Assembly: GCF_004010195.1 (NCBI RefSeq)
Contig: NC_057728.1
Coordinates: forward strand, 42,274,469 to 42,338,468
DNA: 64,000 nt
DNA from: Chiloscyllium plagiosum
Lineage: Eukaryota
Direction: 5' to 3'
Positions within the stretch are counted from its first letter, which is position 1. Each line of letters begins with the position of its first letter. This document shows positions 1-9,830 of the stretch, piece after piece. Position numbers and translations under genes: made by a program. Under the pieces are notes generated by a model. That model ran no database searches. It worked only from the letters and a program-made list of their open reading frames with translations, and had not been told where the DNA came from.

Positions 1-561
1 TTGTGAGAGGTAATTTCGGTTTAAACTTTAAGATGTGCCTGGACCACAGACTGATCTATAATAAAAGACAAAACTTTTGTTTCTTTTCTAACAACCATTT
101 TATATACTCAAAAGTAGAATAGTTTAAATTGTGCAGAATGCTGACAATTTGTGAACAGAGTAAAAACAAGCAGGCTCTTGATTGATGAAGCCACTAACAC
201 AGGCAGGGAAGGATGAGTCCTTGACTGATAAGACTGCTAGCACAGACAGAGAAGAATAAGTCTTTGACTGATAAGACTACAGGGTGAGAAAAACAACAAC
301 TTTAGAGACTCTGAAAACATTTGTTGCAGACTTTGTGATAAGGGTGCAAATTGAAGAATAATGATGTTTTTAAGAATGTGAACCTCATGGCTTGTTAGAA
401 CCAAGGAGGGGAGGGACTTGTACTGTATATAATGGGAGATTTTGTAAGCCTCAGCGCGCTTTTTCTCAGAAGAGTGCCCAACTCTGCAGACTTGCTAATA
501 AAACTTTGTTTTCCTGAATTTGTCTAGAGCAATTATTGAGAAGCGATTTTCGTTTCTAACA
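1..561 (+). mobile_element. 3' part of an ERV-like LTR
   Basis: TATATAA at 426-432, AATAAA at 497-502, terminus ...TTTCTAACA at 561, 15-bp direct repeats at 221-235 and 264-278. Confidence 0.6.
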
Positions 562-982
562 GTCATCTTCTTTCTTTTACTCTGAATATGTTTCATATGA
601 AAAGGTACCTATGATAGAGAGTGTTTCAATGTCTTGAGTTTTTCTCAATGGCAGTTACTCTGTCTGACTTTCAAAATGCCTGCCTTTTTTATATCCCCAA
701 CATCAGATCGTCTGATTGGTTTGAGGTTGGCAAAACAATAAATTCAAATTCTTTTGGAATTTAGAATCCTGAGGCATAATTTAAACAGATTGGTTCAATT
801 CAAATTATTGTCAAAACAGCAACCAACTCAGGTATCCATTTCACAGCCAAATGTTACGTATTTTCAATTTTCTAGTATACTCGGAGACTGCTGGCTAGTC
901 ACATGACAGGTGCATGTAAGCTCTCAGTGCAGAACAGCTTTCACTCTCTCTTAAAGGTACAGAACACACCTTCAACATCACA
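562..982 (-). mobile_element. Partial LTR related to the solo LTR at 59602-60307
   Basis: Shares blocks with 59602-60307 (ataatttaaac.gattg, ctctt..aggtacag.aca) and ends ...CATCACA. Confidence 0.55.
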
Positions 983-2199
983 ACAAAGCTACTCAGCTAA
1001 GGTGGAAAGTTCTTTTCCTGAAGGCCAGAAGGAGGATGTTGTTCTAACTGACCAAGTAAGCCTGTATAGAGGTCACACAGTGGTGTTGTCTTGGAGAATT
1101 TGGATGTACTTCCACACTCAAGTCAATGACCTTCTCTGCTCCACAATTATAAGAATCACATTTTGGTTCCAGAACATGAGAGTAACTGGAGTAGTGTGTG
1201 GGTGAGATATTGGGGAGGGACAATAACTAGACACCATTTGGGAATTAATGGATCGCCTGCATTTAAATCCCAAGTGGCTTGTAAAATCAGGTTCTATTGC
1301 TTCCTTAACAAGCTCAACTGTCTTTTAATCACTAATTTCGAGAATACATGTGGCACCTCCAGGATGTTTGTTACTTGCCACTCATGCCTTACAGGACTGG
1401 CATGACAGTACCCCTACATGTTGCTTCCTATGTGATCTAAAGGACCCCTCATCTCCACTGCCATATATTTCTGCAGTATAAAATCCCAAATCTTACGTTA
1501 AGGAGCCTTTTAAATAGTAGCTGGATGATGAGCTGGTTGCAAAATATCCGTATAGATGACAAAGCTTCTTGTGGAAAAGTAAAATCCAGTTTCAATAGAA
1601 TGATGACGTGGAGTGGGTCTGATCACAGTTGAACAAGGTTCAACCGGTATTCCTTAGGTTAGTAGAGGTCCATAACTTAACAGACAACACATTGCCTGTC
1701 ATAAAAAGGCTTTTGAGAAGTTGAAACAAAAAACTAGCCTGGGGTGCTTCTTTCTTTTTATCTTCAATCATTAAGTGGAGAAATATTTCTAATGCACAGT
1801 GGATGATTTATTACTCAGAAAAACAGGTGAATTTCTCATACTGATTTTTTAAAACAATATCCTGTAATGGAATCTCCAGCAGCAGGTGCCAATTGTGAGA
1901 GAGGGCACACAGCAGGATAAGTGCTACCATTGAAGAAATCTCCTCTGGGGGAAAGGATGTCTTTTGAGGAAGGGGAGGTCATGGGAAAGAAGGATCAGAC
2001 AGACAAAGGATGTCTCCTACCAGATCAGGCTTAATTCCATGTAAAGTCTGAGTCTTCCTCTCTTAACCTTAATTTCCCTTCATGTTTGTACTGATCTGTG
2101 CATAATAGACAGGAATGCGCTCAGGGAACAAAGTTGGTCGTCTAAACCTAGAACGTTTAAAGTTCTGCTGCTTGCCCTTACAACTGCCATGCTCCCGTC

Positions 2200-2375
2200 A
2201 ATGGGGAGAACCTACTGTTAAGCAGCTTTATAGATGTATCCTGAGGAGGTTTGGAAACAATGGTGGACGTTTTTTGCAGCCCTCCCAAAGAGCAGCCTGG
2301 ATGGCAATGGCACAATCAGCCAATGTGCTGTCTACGCATGCAATGTGGGAACAGTTCAGAGAAAAATACAGTTAT
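2200..2375 (+). mobile_element. Degenerate Myb/SANT-like (Harbinger accessory protein) fragment
   Basis: AAWMAMAQSANVLSTHAMWEQFREKY resembles the W..(I/V)A..V......R.W.QC.K(K/R)W pattern. Confidence 0.4.
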
Positions 2376-2827
2376 CAGAGTGGGTATTGCTTGTCCTTAA
2401 TAATTCATAATTTTAAAAATATTGATAATCCTGCAGTAGAAGCCATTTTCAGATGATTGCTGTTTTATTACAACATAGTTTCAAGAGTCAAAAAGAGACA
2501 AAACTCTAGCAAATTTTTGTGTACCTTCCCATGACTCCGATTACCCACGTTTTGTTTAGGCACTGTGTATTACTGCCTCAGCAATTCACTGGGGTTTGCA
2601 AATTACAGTGTAGCTCTTCCTTACCACAAATTGTTGAAAAGTAGCAACGAGCACCATTAAACTCACCAGTATTTTGCCAGCAAATTCCCATGCATAAACT
2701 TTACTGTCATGTTCTGGGTTGCCCTGCTAACTGCAGAATCCATGCTCCATGTGTAGCTAAAACAGCACCACCTACAGGTACAAATAATTTAAGAATTAAT
2801 CCAATCCAATCGGCTAGCTACATCACT

Positions 2828-3228
2828 TAGAGTCATAGAGTCATAGAGATGTACAGCATGGACACAGACCCTTCGGTCCACCCCGTCCATGCTGACCAGA
2901 CTTCTCAACGCAATCTAGTCCCACCTGCCAGCACCCGGCCCATATCCCTCCAAACCCTTCCTATTCATATACCCATCCAAATGCCTCTTAAATGTTGCAA
3001 TTGTACCAGCCTCCACCACTTCCTCTGGCAGCTCATTCCATACATGTACCACCCTCTGTGTGAAAAAGTTGCCCCTTAGGTCCCTTTTATATCTTTCCCC
3101 TTTCACCCTAAACCTATGCCCTCTAGTTCTGGACTCCCCAACCTGAGGGAAAAGACTTTGTCTATTTATCCTATCCATGCCCTTTATAATTTTGTAAACC
3201 TCTATAAGGTCACCCCTCAGCCTCCGAC
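2828..3228 (-). mobile_element. CR1-clade LINE (HER1-like) 3' fragment
   Basis: RRLRGDLIEVYKI...[14 protein letters not shown] and (GACTCTAT)n tail. Confidence 0.9.
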
Positions 3229-3260
3229 TTCTATGTTGCTGCAATTGGAATTGTCTTTAT

Positions 3261-5756
3261 GGGTGGAATCTTCCTAGATTCTGAACGACATGGTCATTGG
3301 TGAGTCAGTTGGGAAGATGGGGCATGACTAGTAGAAATGCAAATCTTAACATCAAGAGGAAAATATCAGATTCTTCCAACCATGTTTTGAACAGTGAGTT
3401 GTGAATCTCGCTAGTAAGTGGTGAGGGGCCGATTTACATCTGTTTGCATGATTTAGCATACTATTAGACCTAATGTAGCCTCAGTGATATGCAGGTTCCC
3501 ATTTTCACATCCATTGGATAAAAACTAAATAGTGACAATTCTCAACATGAAAGTCTCTATCTTGAAAAGCAGTCACCTCTTGCTAATGTACAATTAGGGT
3601 TCAGAGAGGAGAAAGAGATGTGCCACCAAGCTTAGGGCTGGCAGCAACTTCCAGCAGATGCTGAACAACCTCCACATGAAGATGTAGCTGCTGAAGGTTC
3701 CCTCAGGATGTGCAGGAGTATCTTCTTCAATGTCATTTCCTTCAGATTAGTGAGGCACAGAAGAATGCCACAGGATAACATCTCAGAATTATGCCAACTG
3801 CTGGTGTGGGATCTTTGATCTGAAAGAGCGGGTGGCCACTCTATCCCGGTGACTCTCAAGGTGATAGCTACATTGAATTTTTATGCAGCTGGCTGGGGAC
3901 TGATAGAGTCATACAGCACGGAAAGAGGCCCATCAGTCCAACTAGTCTATGCTAACCATAATCCCAAACTAAACCAGTTCAACCTGCCTGTGCTTGACTC
4001 ATACCCTCCAACATTTCTTATTCATGTATATCTAAATGTCTTTTAAACATTACAACTGTATCTACCTCCACTGCTTCTAGTTACAGTTAAGCAGACTCAT
4101 TTAGGATCTCAGTCCTTCACCCACAAATTTGCTCCAATTTGTGTCAGATCACACCTCTTCATCTTCTGTCCCCTATGTCCAGGTCAGTTCTGCTGCTCAG
4201 GCAGTAGGATTTGTCAACATAGCTGGCTTCTGGCAAGTGCAGGGTTCTATAGACAATGCACAAGCTAACACAGCTTCATGATCAGGAAGCATACCTTAGA
4301 AATCTGCATTAGGTACCTGGGGAGCTAACATGATAAAAGCTCCCATGTTCCTGCCTCATTTCAAGGGCAGCTTGTCTTACAAGCATGGGAACTGGGAGGC
4401 AAGGGCTATGCTGCAAGCATGGCTGATGACTCTATTCTGGAACCAGCTGTGGAAGGTAGATACAATGCAGCTCAGGGCCATGCTAGACCTGCTGAATTTG
4501 AAGTTCCACTGCCTGGATTGGTCTGTCAGGATCTTGCTATACACCCCAGGCATGGTTGTGCCACATAGCATGCTGTGCTCTGCACTACTGCAGCAGGGAA
4601 AGATATATCATGTGTACACTGAAGAGTTGGGACAATAGCAGCATTCTTCCAAGGAAGAAGATGAGGACATTGATCAGGAGGAACATCACCTACTGCTTGA
4701 TGGAGTGTTGCAGAGTTGGGGATGCAACAGGCCAGGCAGGACTTCACTAACCTGGTTCCAGTAGATGTCAGCTGGGTGCAGAGATCACACATAGATCAGG
4801 TGAAGTATTTCCTGTACAGGGTATGTGATGGTCCCAGATTGAGCAATGAAGAAAATGTTTAGCTGCATTAGGGAAAGTGTAACACTCCTTTCAACAGGCT
4901 CCTTGGTATCTTCTAAACCATCTGTTCACAGACTTTATGAGCACTCTGGATCAGATTAGATTAGATTACTTGCAGTGTGGAAACAGGCCCTTCGGTCCAA
5001 CAAGTCCACACCGACCCGCCGAAGCGCAACCCAGCCAAGCCCATTCCCCTACATTTTTACCCCTTCACCTAACACTGCGGGCAATTTAGCAAGGCCAATC
5101 CACCTAACCTGCACATTTTTGGACTGTGGGAGGAAACCGGTGCACCCAGAGGAAACCCACGCAGACACGGGGAGAATGTGCAAACTCCACACAGTCTGAG
5201 GCAGGAATTGAACCCGGGTCTCTGGTGCTGTGAGACAACAGTGCTAACCACTGTGCCACCCATATGCCACTGTGCCGCCCATAGGGGGATTTTAACCTGA
5301 GTCTCGAGTTAGGGACACCACAATTGTGCCGCAGGAGTCCTCAACAGACTCCTAAAATGGGAACTCACTAAGGGTGGGTAACCTGTGTAGATTGTTCCTT
5401 AAATAGTAATATACTTGTGAATGTGCATTTGTATTTGCGATGAAGTGTCAGCTATGTGTCCATAAGAACTGATTGTTTTTTGTTTCCCTCCCCCTACGTA
5501 GACAGTGAAGTATAGCTCATGACTGACACCACCTAACCTAATGCATGGCTGGGCTTTGATAATGGCTCCAGCATCCTGGCAGTATTGAATACTCTGTCTC
5601 TAGGAGGGAGAAGATAGGATGAGCAGGGCACCACAGAGGTGTGGTGAATTAGTATTAGGTCAGGTTTTGAATAATAGTGTGTGAAGTCACAGGAAGAATC
5701 CCATCATGAAACTTGCCAAAATTGACCCTTGGATGATTTCTGGTAAAATTCCGTCC
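3261..5756 (+). mobile_element. Decayed PIF/Harbinger element with HARBI1-like transposase relic (about 3730-4590), interrupted by a CR1 fragment (about 3902-4077) and an HE1 SINE
   Basis: Frameshifted motifs PVTLKVIATLNFYAAG, IAGFWQVQGSID, RYLGS*HD, GKGY..AWLMT, LLNLKFHCLDWS, CCALH. Imperfect candidate TIRs GGGTGGAATCTT / AAAATTCCGTCC. Confidence 0.7.
4953..5280 (-). mobile_element. HE1-type tRNA-derived SINE
   Basis: A/B boxes (GGCACAGTGGTTAGC, GGGTTCAATTCC) on the minus strand, LINE-derived 3' end and (TCTAA)n tail. Confidence 0.9.
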
Positions 5757-6749
5757 TTAATGTTTGCACAGTGTGGGAAACGCATGATTTTAAGTGATTC
5801 ATCAAGGGTTGTAACATGCATAAACAAACTACTGCTGATGCTGGAAATCTGACTCAGAAACAGAGAATGGGGGAAATACTCAGCAGATCTAGGCAGCATC
5901 TGCAGAGAGACAGAAAAAGGGGGTTAACATTTCAGGTTCTTTGCCTCTTTTTGGAACTGGGAAAAGTTAGGGTATAACAAGTTTTAAATACAGAGATTGA
6001 GAAAGTGAGGGGTAGCGAGGAGGAAATAAAAAAGTGCTACATTAGAATAAATGTCTCCTTCTGAAAATAAATGCAAATCTACAGTCTTATGATTGTTCCC
6101 ATTCCACAGACCCATCTTTAATTCAGTTTGGATACTTTAGTTGGCCTATACACCTGCAGGGAACAAAATCTTTTGGAGCTAACTTGTAATTAACACCTTA
6201 TGAACCTTGTTGAAAAGTGTATGGAAAACAAGTTACAACAACATTGAGTTCAACTTTAAAGGCTCTCAGTCGACGTGCTAACATTAACTGTTAAGACACA
6301 CAAAAAAAACCTGCATCTATTTGTATGAATGGGTGGTTACGTTGGTAAAAGACTGATGAAGCGGAAATACTTATAAAGGTGAACCAAGGGATAAGTCACA
6401 ATCAAGAAGACAGAGAGAAAACATGGAGAGAGCTATGAAGAACTTCGGTGAAATAAAAGTTTAGTTAAGCGCATACAGACATTTTGGTCCTGCAGGTGGT
6501 GCTATGACACAAGCAGTGTACTTGAGAGAAAACCATTAGCAGAAATCATATATTTGCCGTCAGTTCATTCCACAGAGGACAACCCACCAACCTCCTGACT
6601 CCCAGAGAGTGCATACAGAGTTGGGCACAGCTGAGGTCATACAACTACAGCAAGCCCGCCAGTGTATTTGAATACAGTTGGGCACCTGTCTTTTCGTAAA
6701 ATAATTTGCATACAGCATTGTTTCAGTTACAAGTTACTCAAGATATCTA

Positions 6750-7282
6750 ATATGCATAGTCACAATCAAAACATTCTTCATTTTCAGAGCAGTGTGTTAA
6801 CACCTGTCAGTCTGATGACCTAATATGAGCAATGTGATTAAGAGCCATATTAGTCAATGCAATGTTTGCAATAAATGTCAAGCATCTGCTAATGACACCT
6901 AACATCCCAGAGAGACCATGGCTAAAGCTTGGCACAGGCCTTATCACTCTTCACGAATTGATTATCTTGCCACTGACAACTATTCGATACTTTATAATCA
7001 CCCTGTTCAGAGTTGTTATTACACACCTTAGGAGCAGGTGGGACTTGAACCTGGGCCTCTGGCTCAGAGTTTTCGACACTCCCATTGCACCAGAAGAAAA
7101 CTGTCAAATATTATTCTGATTATTTTGATTAAGACCAATTGACTTCAATAACTACCCAGGAGACTGTAGAATGTCTGAAATCATACTTCGTTTGTCATAA
7201 CATCCAGACATTGTGATGAGTGAAAATATCCCTCAGTTCATTAACTGGGGGAATTCAGCCATGTCAAAATTGATTGGGAAAT
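6750..7282 (+). mobile_element. Gypsy integrase relic (zinc finger to D-NGPQF region) containing a short tRNA-like insert at about 6985-7097
   Basis: SHISQCNVCNKCQ, IPERPWLKLG, DYLATDNYS, PDIVMSENIPQF. Confidence 0.7.
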
Positions 7283-7734
7283 GCACAAATATTGTATACA
7301 TAGTCTTCAAGTTCTGCAAGCCTCCTAATAGTATGTGTGTATGTTTTTTTATCGGATATCCCTCTGCTACCTACTTATTCTGATGGCGTATAATTCCTGT
7401 TATGAGTGAGATTGATGTGCTAAGTATTGATGCTGAGAATTTCATTACTGGAGAATGGTGGACCTATGGGACTAATAGTCATTCTGTTCTCTGTGCAGAC
7501 GGTGAGATCATATCTTCCTAACCCACTGCCTGCAGCAAATACACACTTTGTTGGTTATGTGTGGATGTTCATGGTTGTGATAAGATATCCCATTGCTCAT
7601 GCTCACTGTGTGACTGAACTAACAACTATTCTCCACACTTCCCAATTTGCCACCTTGGCTAATTTTTCTTGAGATTTAAAAATTTGCTCCCTGGCTGTCC
7701 AATATTCAGCCCTGGCAACAACATGACAGTTTTA

Positions 7735-9000
7735 TCAAAGTGAAATTTGACTATTTGTCATTTCACCTTGATTTTGCCTTGATATTCCTCCTGGCTTCAA
7801 TAATTGTTTCATTGTTGGAAGACTGGTTTGGATATAATGTGACAGTAGTCTTTGAACCAGTCTACTTGCCATTCCTGCAGTATATCTATTCCTCCACTCA
7901 GAAATTGCCTTGAATAAATCTATGTTGGAGTTGTTCAGTCTCTTTATGATCCTTTTCGGTATTTTGGCTCCCACATCAGTTTTTCCATTTGACTGATGGT
8001 ATAAAGGTGATGATTTAAATTTCCCAATCAATTTTGACGTGGCTGAATTCTTCATTCATAAACTGAGGGATATGTGGCCCTTAATCACATTGCTCATGTT
8101 TGGCCAGCAGACCCCCTTCTTTTGCCTTCCTCAGACTAGACACAATTCCTTAATAGAGTTGAAAGGTGTGCCACTGGAAAAACACAGCAGGTCAGGCAGC
8201 ATCTGAGAAGCAGGAGAGTTGACATTTCAGGCATAAGCTCTTCATCAGGAATCACAATTCCTTAATAGCTTGTATGAATGGACTTCAGCACCTCTTTTCT
8301 CATCTCCTGATGGATTCATGACACTACCTACTTTGTACAAGATACCACCACTGGCTATCACTTCATTACTGTACATTCAATACTGTCTTATGGCAACAGG
8401 TATTCTTCGGTCCTTTCAGAGAATCCTTTCATATCTACTTCTTGCTGCCTTTGTTGTTTAGCTTACTCGATTTGAGCAGGGCACTTGTCTTTTAGATTCA
8501 ATGTTGTGTTGATGACTTCCAGAGCAGGTCAAGCAGTTTTTTTTGTTGAATCTGGAAAATTTCATACTATCTTTGTATCTTTATTTTTTCATAGTGACTG
8601 CTGTACTCAATAGCATATGGGCAACTTATCTCTGTTTCGCTTGCTTGTTTGTCATGTTCAAATGATATCTCTACAGAGTAACCTGCAGTGCATATCCTTC
8701 AGAACTGAAAGAGTGGTTTTGTAGAAGATGCTTTGAAGTAGTGTGTGGTTTAACTCTACTGTTAGACTGTCTCTCCCAAACAGGTACTGATTGAAATGCT
8801 CATAAGCAATGACAATAGCCAGGCACTCTTTCACATTCTGATATTAGCATTGTTCCATAATGACCTGGATGCAAATCTAACTTGTCCTTGTCCTTGTTGG
8901 ATAGCAGTTGCTCCAAGTCCTGCCTCACTGCAATCACACTACAAGGTAACTTTATCCTTGATATAATGGTACTACAGTACTGGTGTTGTTGTCACCAGTT
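7735..9000 (-). mobile_element. Gypsy pol relic (RNase H to integrase core)
   Basis: CDCSEAGLGA, FASRSL, KECLAIVIAYEHFNQYLFGR; SSPLYHQSNGK...AISEWRN. Confidence 0.75.
8157..8252 (-). mobile_element. 96-bp Penelope terminal-repeat-derived insertion with hammerhead motif
   Basis: Flanked by a perfect 16-bp direct repeat CACAATTCCTTAATAG (8141-8156, 8253-8268). Minus strand begins ATTCCTGATGAAGAGCTTATGCCTGAAATGTC. Confidence 0.75.
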
Positions 9001-9257
9001 GTTTGAAAAGCAGAAATAAGGACCGCATCAAATAAGGTCAAAGTACAGAAACTTGTTAAAGGTAGAATTAAAACCTCCCCATGTAATTTTAGCATTCACA
9101 ACAAGGTAGATGAACTGACAGCATGAATGGAAGAAGAGTCAGGAGCCAACTGCCAATAAGATGACCAAAGTTGAGAAGTAATATTTAGCATTTAGGAAGA
9201 ATAGTCCAAACAGGGAAGGAGCTAGGTAGAATCTTTGACAAAACAAATGGGAGTAAA

Positions 9258-9549
9258 CAAGTGGGAAATTATCTTAGATCAGAAGATTGGGATGTAGAAT
9301 GGGTTTTTGTGAAGCTAAGAACATAAGGGCCACCGAAGTGTGGTGGACAATGTATTAAACATGTAATAACAAGTGGGCGGCACGGTGGCACAGTGGTTAG
9401 CACTGCTCAAGTGGGAAATTATCTTAGATCAGAAGATTGGGATGTAGAATGGGTTTTTGTGAAGCTAAGAACATAAGGGCCACCGAAATGTGGTGGACAA
9501 TGTATTAAACATGTAATAACAAGTGGGCGGCACAGTGGTTAGCACTGCT
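9258..9549 (+). repeat. About 150-bp tandem duplication that includes the 5' end of an HE1 SINE
   Basis: 9258-9407 is repeated at 9408-9549 with one substitution and an 8-bp deletion. Confidence 0.9.
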
Positions 9550-9830
9550 GCCTCACAGCGCCAGAGACCCAGGTTCAATTCCCGCCTCAGGCGACTGACT
9601 GTGTGGAGTTTGCACGTTCTCCCCATGTCTGCGTGGGTTTCCTCCGGGTGCTCCGGTTTCCTCCCACAGTCCAAAGATGTGCAGGTCAGGTGAATTGGCC
9701 ATGCTAAATTGCCCGTAGTGTTAGGTAAGGGGTAAATGTAGGGGTATGGGTGGGTTGCGCTTCGGCGGGTCGGTGTGGACTTGTTGGGCCGAAGGGCCTG
9801 TTCCCACACTGTAAGTAACCTAATCTAAAA
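9525..9830 (+). mobile_element. HE1-type SINE, near full length and young
   Basis: A/B boxes, retained CpGs, tail TAACCTAATCTAAAA. Confidence 0.92.

Noticed and set aside
903..1760. Coding-like relic frames (ORFs 903..1205 and 1163..1405, and LDDELVAKYP...)
   Set aside because: Multiple stops, no domain I recognise and no splice structure; cannot be supported without a homology search.
9525..9600. tRNA gene
   Set aside because: The A/B boxes belong to the HE1 SINE head, which continues into SINE body and tail.
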